From the NCBI GenBank assembly GCA_033977065.1, contig JAXCHI010000002.1, positions 207,233 through 271,232 on the forward strand: a stretch of 64,000 bases of DNA, given 5' to 3'. Source of the DNA: Candidatus Algichlamydia australiensis (lineage in GTDB: Bacteria; Chlamydiota; Chlamydiia; Chlamydiales; JAJFMI01). Below, in pieces: positions 37,972-46,766 of this stretch. The first letter of the stretch is position 1. The number at the start of each line of letters is the position of its first letter. The position numbers and the translations under genes are program-made. The notes below the pieces were generated by a model. That model was not told the origin of the DNA and made no database searches. It saw nothing but the letters and a program-made list of their open reading frames with translations.

Positions 37972-40941
37972 ATGAAAGCTGCAAAAGTAACGCAAGAAAT
38001 CCAAAAGGCATCGTGGCCCCTACCTAAAAATTTAACTGCTGTACAGAAATTTTTTAACACATCGATTGCCTATAGCAAGGAAAATCCTTATCTAGCTTTG
38101 GGTCTACTTGCAGGGGGTGTAACCGTTATTGGTGGAGCCTATTTTGCTAATAAACGCTGGGGAGCTCTCTCTTGCGTAAAACATTTATTGGGTTATGGCA
38201 ATGCGGTCGCAAAAACCCCAGAAAAACCAGAAAGCAAGCTCCTTACCAAAGCCGAGTCGGACCGAGTTTACAATAAAATAAAAACAGATTTTGAAGCTTT
38301 TGAGAAAGCTCTTGAAAAGTGGGTCGAAGAACCAAACAAACTCGTTCCCGAAAAGAGCAAGAGGGAAAAAATAGCAAAAGATTTAATAAAAGAGCCTTTT
38401 TCCTTTCATGCAGAGGTTTATGTTGAATTAGGGAAATATGACGGACCAATGCCAACTTTGGGTGCTGGACTTTATGTTTGGGTATCTGAAGCAAATAGTC
38501 AAAAAGAAAAGAGTGAAAGACTTACAGCTGCAGATAAGATTTTGAAGTGGAGAAGCGGTGAATTAGACTTGTCTAATTTGAATTTAACGGAATTCCCAAT
38601 TGCAATATTAGATCTTAAAAATGTCACTAGCTTGAATTGTTCAGGAAATAAGTTAAGTCAGGATAGCGCTTTCATAAATAGTTTTTTTAAAGCTGTAGAT
38701 ATTGAAAGTAAGGAAGAAGAATCTCAGAAGCTTAACAAAAAGTTTCGAGCTAAAGTTGCGTTAATTAAACAATTAGATCTATCAGATAATCGAATTTCTG
38801 ATCTAAATGATAATCCAATAATTAAAAATATTACTCACCTTAACCTTTCTAATAATACAATTGAAGATCTTGATTTTTTTCAAAACTTAGAAAAGTTAGA
38901 AGAGTTGAACTTAAGCGGGAATCAGGAACTGAAAGAAAATGAGATCCCTAATCTTAAAAGGCTGCCAAAAGGGTGTAAAATAGACTTGTCCAATACTCCA
39001 TATGAAGGGTGGAGTGAGCTACAAGAATACAAAGAAAAAAAATTAAAAGCACAATCAGATACTTTTACTAAAGATTTTCCTAAATGGATAGATGGCAAGG
39101 AAGGAGTCCGGCTCCTAAAAGATATTTCGTCCGATGGAGGGAACTTTAAAGAGTGGATGGAAGATTTAGAAAAGGGAAGGTTGCCTAGTTTCTTTTTCAA
39201 AAATTTAGACAAATGCCCTTTGCCGCCTTTTACCCTTGAGCACTGTTTATACAAGTGGGTAGAACAAAACAATGGCTCTTTAGACGAATTGCACAGAGTA
39301 GCAGCTGTAAAAAGAATCTTAGAAAGAAAAGGGGAAGAAGTAGATCTATCAGGATTGAGTTTAGATGAACTACCGTACGCATTGCTAATTGTAAAAGGTG
39401 TTTCAAAGCTCAATTTATCAGACAATGCATTTGGCTCTGAAGGGGGGAAAGTAGTTAAAGGTCTGCGTGGATACAACTCTTCCAGCGAAATAAGCCCACT
39501 CTTAAAACAGTTTATGGAACCAGTAGAAGAAGTGGATTTCTCAAACTGTGGAATTAAGGCTTTTAAGCTTTCAGATGAATATCAAAGATTAAAAGCTCTT
39601 GACCTTTCCCAAAACGAATTAGAGCACTTTCAGTGTGAAGCTTCTGAAAATGCACTAACAGCGTTAAATTTAGAGGGGAATACAAAAATTTCTTCATCAG
39701 AAACCTCTTTTTTGCTTTCAGGTCCAGAGTTCGCATCATGTAGCTTGAACGTGAAAGGTACAAGCTTTGATACCGAAATTGAGATTGCTCGTGGGAGCAA
39801 GTTTTCTCTTGGTTGGAAAGATGTTTCTCTTCATCCAAATTTTTATCGCTTAAATACCTCTAAATTGATTATTGATGGAGCTTCTACCCTTGAGAAACTA
39901 GAGCAAGTAAATCAATTCTCAAATCTAGAAACAATAGTTTTCAAGAATATCACGATTCAAAAAAAAGACTGGGAAAGAATTAACTCTTTAAAAGGGTTAA
40001 AGAAGATAGAATTTGAGGATTGCACTCTTTCTGACATGACGGCCCTAGAACTTCCAAAAGTTGAAGAACTCACTTTTGCAGGAGAAAGTTTCGCAGACTT
40101 TCCATCTGGATTTTTTCGAAAGCTTCCTGCTTTAGAGATGTTGAAGCTAGAAGATAACTATAAACTTGAGAGTTTTCCACTCTCAGTGATAGAACTTCCA
40201 AAGACAGCGTTAGTAAAATTAAAAAATACAGCTTTTTCAAAAGAAAAAGTCATCAGAGATATCGACGCTAGAATTGTCCAAGGACCTAAAAGAGCACCAA
40301 CAATTGAAGTTTTGGATCCAATTTCTGAAGTTCGTTGTAGAACTTTGAAAGCATTTGACGAGGGGACGTTTAGGCAGAGTCGAGGATATGCTACTCAAAA
40401 AGCAACAATCAAGAAGTTTGAAAGAAAAAGGTGTGGCAATGATTCTTTTAGAAAAGAATATCAGAAATACGAGGAAAAACTATCTCTTCTAGAGATAGAA
40501 AAAGATGATGCACTTTATTTGGATACAGGAAGTTATCCTAATCTTAAGCGTATCACTCTTACAGGGCCCGACGCTAAATGCAGTGATTTTGGCACGCTAA
40601 GCATGTTTCCAAAATTAGAAGAGCTCAATCTAATGAATTCTGGTCTTGGTTATATTGGATACTCAGTATTTTCTACTTTAAAAAAACTGTCTTTAAATGG
40701 GGGAAAGCTTATAGAAGCACCAAACAATATGTCTAAGAACTTTAAAAGACTAGAAGTTGTAGAAATTTTTGGTAATTGTACTAAAGACGACTTAATGGAA
40801 TTTGTTAAAAAATTGCCAGAAGGTGTTGAAATTCACTTGATTAATGCAAATCTTAAAAAAGAAGATCTCAGAGACAAGTTTAATCTTGGCGGTGACCAAA
40901 AAGAGGGACATAAGATCATATTTGTTAAAAAGATGCTATAA
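37972..40941 (+). CDS. membrane-anchored leucine-rich-repeat protein (effector candidate)
   Basis: 989-aa ORF with a TM at about aa 40-60 (LALGLLAGGVTVIGGAYFA). LRRs include LDLSNLNLTEFP, LDLSDNRISDL, LNLSNNTIEDL and LNLSGNQ. There are two IpaH/SspH-like cap modules and further LRRs run to the C-terminus. Confidence 0.8.
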   Translation: MKAAKVTQEIQKASWPLPKNLTAVQKFFNTSIAYSKENPYLALGLLAGGVTVIGGAYFANKRWGALSCVKHLLGYGNAVAKTPEKPESKLLTKAESDRVYNKIKTDFEAFEKALEKWVEEPNKLVPEKSKREKIAKDLIKEPFSFHAEVYVELGKYDGPMPTLGAGLYVWVSEANSQKEKSERLTAADKILKWRSGELDLSNLNLTEFPIAILDLKNVTSLNCSGNKLSQDSAFINSFFKAVDIESKEEESQKLNKKFRAKVALIKQLDLSDNRISDLNDNPIIKNITHLNLSNNTIEDLDFFQNLEKLEELNLSGNQELKENEIPNLKRLPKGCKIDLSNTPYEGWSELQEYKEKKLKAQSDTFTKDFPKWIDGKEGVRLLKDISSDGGNFKEWMEDLEKGRLPSFFFKNLDKCPLPPFTLEHCLYKWVEQNNGSLDELHRVAAVKRILERKGEEVDLSGLSLDELPYALLIVKGVSKLNLSDNAFGSEGGKVVKGLRGYNSSSEISPLLKQFMEPVEEVDFSNCGIKAFKLSDEYQRLKALDLSQNELEHFQCEASENALTALNLEGNTKISSSETSFLLSGPEFASCSLNVKGTSFDTEIEIARGSKFSLGWKDVSLHPNFYRLNTSKLIIDGASTLEKLEQVNQFSNLETIVFKNITIQKKDWERINSLKGLKKIEFEDCTLSDMTALELPKVEELTFAGESFADFPSGFFRKLPALEMLKLEDNYKLESFPLSVIELPKTALVKLKNTAFSKEKVIRDIDARIVQGPKRAPTIEVLDPISEVRCRTLKAFDEGTFRQSRGYATQKATIKKFERKRCGNDSFRKEYQKYEEKLSLLEIEKDDALYLDTGSYPNLKRITLTGPDAKCSDFGTLSMFPKLEELNLMNSGLGYIGYSVFSTLKKLSLNGGKLIEAPNNMSKNFKRLEVVEIFGNCTKDDLMEFVKKLPEGVEIHLINANLKKEDLRDKFNLGGDQKEGHKIIFVKKML

Positions 40942-40942
40942 A

Positions 40943-41344
40943 TTAAGTTGTAAGTAAACGAAGAGCCTCTTGCTGCATTTTTAAATAGAGGCTCTTTAAT
41001 CCGTTTGAACGGGTGGGGCTTAAGAGAGAAAGCAAGCCTAATTCTTCCAAAAACTTTGGCTGTTCCTTAATGACTATCTCGGGCTCTAGGCCGCTGTAAG
41101 CACTTTTTAATAGGGAGCCAAGGCCGGCGGAGATCAGAGCATCTGACCAGACTTCAAAAAATACCTTTCCGTCTCGAAATTTGGTTGTAAGAAACATTTG
41201 GCTCTGGCATCCATGTACAAGATTTTCTTTACACATCAATTTCTCATCCAATTTCGGCAGATTTCTCCCTAGTGCAATGATTTTTTCATACTTCTCTTGC
41301 GGGCTCTTACAGCTAGCAAAAGTTTTTTTAATTTCTTCAAACAT
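40943..41344 (-). CDS. sufE: SufE-like cysteine desulfuration protein
   Basis: 133-aa ORF with KYEKIIALG and the conserved Cys motif VHGCQSQMFL. Confidence 0.8.
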   Translation of the reverse strand: MFEEIKKTFASCKSPQEKYEKIIALGRNLPKLDEKLMCKENLVHGCQSQMFLTTKFRDGKVFFEVWSDALISAGLGSLLKSAYSGLEPEIVIKEQPKFLEELGLLSLLSPTRSNGLKSLYLKMQQEALRLLTT

Positions 41345-41376
41345 GACAATATGTTACCAAAAACAAATCAAATATT

Positions 41377-41604
41377 CTAGCCGTGCTCGCTTGCGAGCAC
41401 TCGATGGACTTCGCTTGGCAACGAAAAATCGTGGTGCAAGAGGAAGGAGCAGTGCTCCGCACGGCCTTCCGATGAAACGCGATTTGGCGTGGCAATGGAA
41501 GTCTCAAGGGGGCCAGCAGGGGGTGTGCCTGCGGTCACACTCCCGACATGAAGTAAAGTGGCAGAAAACTAAATTTATTATTTTATGTTTTCAAACCTGT
41601 ATAG
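41377..41604. repeat. partial, diverged member of the element-X repeat family
   Basis: 41385-41530 aligns by eye (roughly three quarters identical) to the reverse complement of 54835-54950. The right end ggcagaaaactaaattt..ttttcaaacctgtatag resembles the X terminus. Contains the palindrome gtgctcgcttgcgagcac (41383-41400). Confidence 0.5.
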
Positions 41605-41690
41605 CAAAAAGAAATTTTTTTTCAAGAAGTTCTTGGAGGAAAATACAGGGTCGGATATGATAGATTAAGTTCCCTGAGTGGTTTACACCT

Positions 41691-41912
41691 ATGTCAAAAA
41701 AAGAAGATGTGATCAAATTAGATGGAAAAGTTGAAGAACTTCTCCCCAACATGACTTTTCGAGTTGCCCTCGAAAATGGAATGAAAGTTTTGGCCCATCT
41801 CTGTGGCAAAATGCGCATGAGAAATATCCGAGTCCTAGTAGGCGATACCGTTACGGTTGAAATATCTCCTTACGACTTGAGCAAAGCGCGTATTGTCTAC
41901 AGAAAAAGATAG
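41691..41912 (+). CDS. infA: translation initiation factor IF-1
   Basis: 73-aa [42 protein letters not shown]... Confidence 0.95.
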   Translation: MSKKEDVIKLDGKVEELLPNMTFRVALENGMKVLAHLCGKMRMRNIRVLVGDTVTVEISPYDLSKARIVYRKR

Positions 41913-41988
41913 GATATACTTGCGAATTTTCGCATGCTCAGCTACAATTTGAGGCGTTTAGTGCCCAGGTAGGAACAAAGTTTAAGGC

Positions 41989-42060
<72 letters not shown>

Positions 42061-42127
42061 GAGATTGAAATAATGACAGAAATGTCAGCTAAAGATTTAA
42101 ATATCGTTATTCGGAGGAATAGATCAA

Positions 42128-43312
42128 ATGGCAAAAGAAGCCTTTCAACGAAATAAGCCCCACGTCAACATTGGGACAATTGGCCACGTCGACCACGGAA
42201 AAACTACTCTAACTGCTGCTATCACTCAGTGTTTGGCAAAAAAAGGCGGCGCAAAGATGCGTGACTACGCTTCTATCGATAATGCTCCTGAAGAGAAAGA
42301 GCGTGGAATCACCATTAACTCAAGTCACGTTGAGTACGAAACAGATGCACGTCACTACGCTCACGTAGACTGCCCCGGACACGCCGACTATGTGAAAAAC
42401 ATGGTAACAGGTGCTGCGCAAATGGATGGCGGTATTCTTGTTGTAGCTGCTACTGACGGTCCCATGCCACAAACAAAAGAACACATTCTTCTTGCTCGTC
42501 AGGTTGGAGTGCCTTCTATTGTTGTCTTCATCAACAAAATGGACCAAATCGGTGCAGGTGATGAAGAACTCGTTGACCTTGTTGAGATGGAAGTTTCTGA
42601 ACTTCTCGAAGCAAACGGTTTCAAAGATTGCGCAATCGTTCGTGGTTCAGCTCTAAAAGCCCTAGAGGGTGATGCAGAGTATGAAGCTAAGATTGAAGAG
42701 CTGATGAAAACTGTCGATGAAAAAATCCCAACGCCTAAGCGTGAAGTTGAGAAGCCTTTCTTGATGCCAATCGAGGACGTGTTCTCTATCTCCGGTCGCG
42801 GAACTGTTGTAACAGGTCGCGTTGAGAAGGGAATCATCAAGGTTAACGATAAGATCGAAATTGTTGGGATTAGAGAGACTCGTGAGTCTGTAGCAACTGG
42901 TCTTGAAATGTTTAACAAACTTCTTGATGAAGCGCGTGCTGGTGAGAACGTTGGTGTTCTTCTACGCGGTATCGATAAGAAAGATGTAGAGCGCGGAATG
43001 GTATTGGCTGCTCCAGGTTCTATCACTCCTCACACAAAATTCAAAGGAAGTGTTTACGTTCTAAAGAAAGACGAAGGTGGTCGTCACAAGCCTTTCTTCA
43101 CAGGCTATCGCCCGCAGTTCTTCTTCGGTACTACCGACGTAACTGGAACAGTAAAACTCCCAGAAGGAACTGAGATGGTCATGCCTGGTGACAACGTTGA
43201 GCTTGAAGGAGAACTTCTTGCACCTGTCGCTATGGAAGATGGTCAGCGTTTTGCGATCCGTGAAGGTGGCAGAACAATTGGTGCAGGAACTGTATCGAAA
43301 ATCATCGAGTAA
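42128..43312 (+). CDS. tuf: elongation factor Tu
   Basis: 394-aa ORF with [15 protein letters not shown] and NKMD motifs. Confidence 0.97.
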   Translation: MAKEAFQRNKPHVNIGTIGHVDHGKTTLTAAITQCLAKKGGAKMRDYASIDNAPEEKERGITINSSHVEYETDARHYAHVDCPGHADYVKNMVTGAAQMDGGILVVAATDGPMPQTKEHILLARQVGVPSIVVFINKMDQIGAGDEELVDLVEMEVSELLEANGFKDCAIVRGSALKALEGDAEYEAKIEELMKTVDEKIPTPKREVEKPFLMPIEDVFSISGRGTVVTGRVEKGIIKVNDKIEIVGIRETRESVATGLEMFNKLLDEARAGENVGVLLRGIDKKDVERGMVLAAPGSITPHTKFKGSVYVLKKDEGGRHKPFFTGYRPQFFFGTTDVTGTVKLPEGTEMVMPGDNVELEGELLAPVAMEDGQRFAIREGGRTIGAGTVSKIIE

Positions 43313-43332
43313 AACGGGTAGTGCATAGTGCT

Positions 43333-43364
43333 AAAGACACCCTCTAAAAATAGAGGGTGTCTTT
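43333..43364 (+). terminator. hairpin after tuf (13-bp perfect stem)
   Basis: aaagacaccctct-aaaaat-agagggtgtcttt. The downstream T-tract is weak. Confidence 0.5.
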
Positions 43365-43380
43365 GGCTTATAAAAATTAT

Positions 43381-43453
43381 GGGTGTGTAGCTCAGCTGGT
43401 AGAGCAGCGGTCTCCAAAGCCGCAGGTCGGGGGTTCGATCCCCTCCGCACTCG
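43381..43453 (+). tRNA. tRNA-Trp (CCA)
   Basis: Hand-folded: GGGTGTG-TA-GCTC-AGCTGGTA-GAGC-A-GCGGT-CTCCAAA-GCCGC-AGGTC-GGGGG-TTCGATC-CCCTC-CGCACTC-G. It sits in the conserved position upstream of secE. Confidence 0.9.
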
Positions 43454-43613
43454 CAATAGGAAGGGCTGACCAATTGCTCTTTTCAAGAAGGTTTTGAAAA
43501 ACAAAGTTAACTCCAAAAGTTAGCGAGTTTAAAAAAACAATTTGGGCCGATTTTTGGGTCCATATTGAAAAGTCTGAATTGTTCAGAGGTTCCGCAATAG
43601 AGGTTAAGAGGAT

Positions 43614-43862
43614 ATGAGCGTGGCGCTAAAAAGTAAACGTCTTGCTGAAGCAAAGAAAAGAGCTGCCAAAGGGGGCTTTTTAGCTGGTATTAAGGAAGAG
43701 CTAAAAAAGGTAAGCTGGACGACCAAAGAGGAGCTGCGCGCCTCAAGTAAAATTGTAATTAGTGCAACTTTTATTTTCGGAATTGGCATCTATGTTGCCG
43801 ATCTAGCTATGAAAGGCACTCTTGATGGGATCGCCCATCTTGTACGGATCATAACAGGATAG
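43614..43862 (+). CDS. secE: preprotein translocase subunit SecE
   Basis: 82-aa ORF with a basic N-terminus, KKVSWTTKEEL and a single C-terminal TM. Position upstream of nusG. Confidence 0.8.
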   Translation: MSVALKSKRLAEAKKRAAKGGFLAGIKEELKKVSWTTKEELRASSKIVISATFIFGIGIYVADLAMKGTLDGIAHLVRIITG

Positions 43863-43872
43863 GCGAAAACTC

Positions 43873-44412
43873 ATGAATCAGTGGTACGTCGTCCAGGTAA
43901 TGTCTGGACATGAAAAAAAAGTAAAACGCGCTCTCGAAGAAAATCGAGAGCAGTCTGGTATGCTCGATCTCATTGAAGAGGTCTTGTTGCCAATAGAAAA
44001 TGTTGCAGAGGTAAAAGGTGGGCAGCAGACGGTTGTGGAAAAGCGTCTTTGGCCTGGCTACTTGCTGTTAAGAATGAATCTTACTGACGATGTCTGGCTC
44101 TACATCAAAAACACGAATGGAGTCATTGGCTTTTTAGGGGGAGGGAAACCCACTCCTCTTTCTCAAGTTGAGGTGGATAACATCTTAGAAGAGCTGAAGA
44201 GCAGAAAAGACGAAGTCGTACAGAAACATAAATTAGAAGTAGGTGATGTTGTCAAGATTACAGATGGAGTCTTTGTCAACTTTACTGGTGAGGTACTAGA
44301 AGTTCATCCCGATAAGGGCCGTGTGAGTGTTCTCGTTTCAATTTTCGGTAGAGAGACTCGTGTGGATGACTTGGAATTTTGGCAAGTCGAACTGAATACT
44401 GAAAATAAATAG
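43873..44412 (+). CDS. nusG: transcription termination/antitermination factor NusG
   Basis: NGN start WYVVQVMSGHEKKV and KOW motif GDVVKITDGVFVNFTGEV. Confidence 0.92.
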   Translation: MNQWYVVQVMSGHEKKVKRALEENREQSGMLDLIEEVLLPIENVAEVKGGQQTVVEKRLWPGYLLLRMNLTDDVWLYIKNTNGVIGFLGGGKPTPLSQVEVDNILEELKSRKDEVVQKHKLEVGDVVKITDGVFVNFTGEVLEVHPDKGRVSVLVSIFGRETRVDDLEFWQVELNTENK

Positions 44413-44460
44413 ATGTAAGAATTATTGCTACGCAATTACCGAATATAAGGATAGCAAAAA

Positions 44461-44892
44461 ATGGCTAAGAAAAAGCTCGTAAAACAAATCAAGTTGCAGA
44501 TCCCTGCGGGGAAAGCAAATCCAGCCCCGCCGATCGGTCCAGCCCTCGGTGCAGCTGGTGTCAATATTATGGGATTCTGCAAGGAATTCAATGCCAAAAC
44601 ACAAAAGCAGGCAGGCGATGTCCTCCCTGTTGTGATCAGTGTCTATGCAGACCGCTCTTTTGATTTTATCACAAAGCAGCCTCCGATAGCAAAAATGATT
44701 TTGAAAAAGCTCGGAATTGAAAAAGGTTCCGGTGTACCTAACCGCGACAAAGTTGGAAAACTTACTCTATCTCAGGTTAAGGAAATTGCTGAAAAGAAGA
44801 TGGAAGACTTGCGTGTATTTAGCATTGAAGCTGCCATGCTCGTTGTTGCTGGAACTGCCCGTTCTATGGGTGTAGATGTGGTGGAGGGTTAA
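44461..44892 (+). CDS. rplK: 50S ribosomal protein L11
   Basis: [36 protein letters not shown]. Confidence 0.95.
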   Translation: MAKKKLVKQIKLQIPAGKANPAPPIGPALGAAGVNIMGFCKEFNAKTQKQAGDVLPVVISVYADRSFDFITKQPPIAKMILKKLGIEKGSGVPNRDKVGKLTLSQVKEIAEKKMEDLRVFSIEAAMLVVAGTARSMGVDVVEG

Positions 44893-44896
44893 GATC

Positions 44897-45592
44897 ATGG
44901 CTAAATTAAGTAAGAGATTTAAAGAGATTGTGAAGTCCTTTGAAGAGGACAAAGAGTACACAGTCGATGAAGCTATTGCGATTTTGCAGAAGACTAAAGC
45001 TCCCAAATTTGACGAGTCTGTTGAAGTCGCTCTGCGAATGGGTGCTGATCCCAAAAAAGCTGATCAGCAAGTACGTGGTACAGTCTCCCTTCCGCACGGT
45101 ACAGGAAAGTCTGTAAAGCTTGTTGTCTTTGCTAAAGGTGATAAGTTAAAAGAGGCGATGGACGCTGGAGCTGATTTAGCGGGTGACGCTGAGCTCATGG
45201 AGAAGATCCAGGGCGGTTGGCTTGATTTCAATGCTGTTATCGCAACACCCGATATGATGCGAGAAATTGGAAGATTGGCAAAGGTATTAGGTCCAAGAGG
45301 CATGATGCCAACTCCTAAAGCAGGAACTGTCACTACAGATGTTGCAAAAGCTGTTAAAGAGATCAAGGCTGGTAAGATTGAATATCGCTTAGATAAGAAT
45401 GGCTGTATCAACAATTCAGTTGGTAAGCGCTCCTTTTCTAAAGAGCAGCTTGTTGCCAACATCCTTTCGTACATTGATGCGATCCAAAAAGCAAAGCCAG
45501 TAAGTACAAAGGGCACTTACATGATGAAGTGTGTTCTTTCTACAACTATGGGTCCTGGTCTAAAAATCAAACTGAGTTCATTGGGAGGCTAA
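44897..45592 (+). CDS. rplA: 50S ribosomal protein L1
   Basis: Start at the internal ATG (MAKLSKRFKE). VRGTVSLPHGTGK, ATPDMM. Confidence 0.95.
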   Translation: MAKLSKRFKEIVKSFEEDKEYTVDEAIAILQKTKAPKFDESVEVALRMGADPKKADQQVRGTVSLPHGTGKSVKLVVFAKGDKLKEAMDAGADLAGDAELMEKIQGGWLDFNAVIATPDMMREIGRLAKVLGPRGMMPTPKAGTVTTDVAKAVKEIKAGKIEYRLDKNGCINNSVGKRSFSKEQLVANILSYIDAIQKAKPVSTKGTYMMKCVLSTTMGPGLKIKLSSLGG

Positions 45593-45595
45593 GAA

Positions 45596-46114
45596 ATGCG
45601 TAAAGAAAAACAATTACTGCTCGATGAAATCGTTGAGAACTTAGACAAGGCTTCAAGTATTGTCTTGATGCGTTATCAAAATTTAGATGCTGATCTAAAC
45701 TTCTCTTTTCGTTCCAAACTAAGCAAGAGTGGTGGAAAAATTTACGCTTTTAAAAAGCGTGTATTTCTAAAGGCAATTGCTGAAAAAACAATGGAGTTCT
45801 CCAAGGATGAACTTCCTGGGCATGTTGCTGCTGTTTTAGGTGGTGATGATCCAATTGCTGCAGCAAAAGTGGTTTGCGATTTTAAAAAAGAGTTTAATCA
45901 AGACAGTCTCGAAATTCTTGGTGGATTTTTTGAAGGTGCGCAGATCTCTAAGGGTGATGTGCTAGAAATTGCAAAACTTCCTGGAAAGGACGAGATGCGT
46001 GCACAGCTACTTGGCCTCTTCGAAGCGCCAATGGCTCTATCTCTTGGTGCAATGGATGCTGTGATGAGCAGTGTGCCTAGTTGCTTAATGCAAAAGAGTG
46101 AGAAAGAAGAATAA
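45596..46114 (+). CDS. rplJ: 50S ribosomal protein L10
   Basis: 172-aa ORF in the conserved position between rplA and rplL, with an L10-like N-terminal region. Confidence 0.88.
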   Translation: MRKEKQLLLDEIVENLDKASSIVLMRYQNLDADLNFSFRSKLSKSGGKIYAFKKRVFLKAIAEKTMEFSKDELPGHVAAVLGGDDPIAAAKVVCDFKKEFNQDSLEILGGFFEGAQISKGDVLEIAKLPGKDEMRAQLLGLFEAPMALSLGAMDAVMSSVPSCLMQKSEKEE

Positions 46115-46268
46115 ATTTAAAGGAATCGCTTGTTGTCTCCAGTAAAGATGCAGCTACTGGATGGCCTCTCAAAACGAGCAAAACAGCTGTGATGGCTGAC
46201 AGTTTTTCCTAAGGGAAGAAAAGTCATCACAGGTAAGAGTTAAAAGAGAAAATATTGAGGTAAATAAA

Positions 46269-46667
46269 GTGAGTGAAGAAAAACTAAACCAACTAGTCGA
46301 AGAGTTAAGCGCCCTCTCTGTTCTCGACATGTCCAAGCTGAAAAAGATGCTGGAAGAGAAGTGGGACGTTAAGGCAGCAGCAGGCGGAGGTGTTATGATG
46401 GCCGCTCCTGCAGCTGGTGGCGACGGCGGAGATGCTGCAGCTGAAGCAACCGATTTCCAAGTCGTGTTGACTGAAGTGCCAGCAGACAAAAAAATCGCTG
46501 TGATTAAACTTGTGCGTGAAGCAACAGGTCTTGGCTTAAAAGAAGCAAAGGAACTTGTTGAGTCAGCACCAAAGCCGGTAAAAGATAGTGCACCAAAAGC
46601 AGAAGCAGAAGAACTTAAGAAGAAGTTCGCTGATACAGGTGCTAAAGTGGATCTTAAGCCTGTTTAA
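46269..46667 (+). CDS. rplL: 50S ribosomal protein L7/L12
   Basis: GTG start with the SD gaggt 8 nt upstream. Ala/Gly-rich hinge and C-terminal [19 protein letters not shown]. Confidence 0.93.
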   Translation: MSEEKLNQLVEELSALSVLDMSKLKKMLEEKWDVKAAAGGGVMMAAPAAGGDGGDAAAEATDFQVVLTEVPADKKIAVIKLVREATGLGLKEAKELVESAPKPVKDSAPKAEAEELKKKFADTGAKVDLKPV

Positions 46668-46688
46668 AGTTAATCATTTAAGGTTTTT

Positions 46689-46742
46689 GCAGACAGAGAC
46701 GTCAAATAGGGTGGCGCCTCTGTCTGCGTATTTTTAATTTTT
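46689..46742 (+). terminator. rplL-rpoB intergenic attenuator/terminator hairpin
   Basis: gcagacagag (46689-46698) pairs with ctctgtctgc (46718-46727) and is followed by gtatttttaattttt. A partial terminator at this position is known in E. coli. Confidence 0.5.
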
Positions 46743-46766
46743 CATCTCCCAATTGGAGGCATGTCA

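Noticed and set aside
43454-43613. The 160-bp spacer between tRNA-Trp and secE as a possible small RNA.
   Set aside because: There are no strong hairpins or repeats. It is most likely just the secE-nusG promoter and leader.
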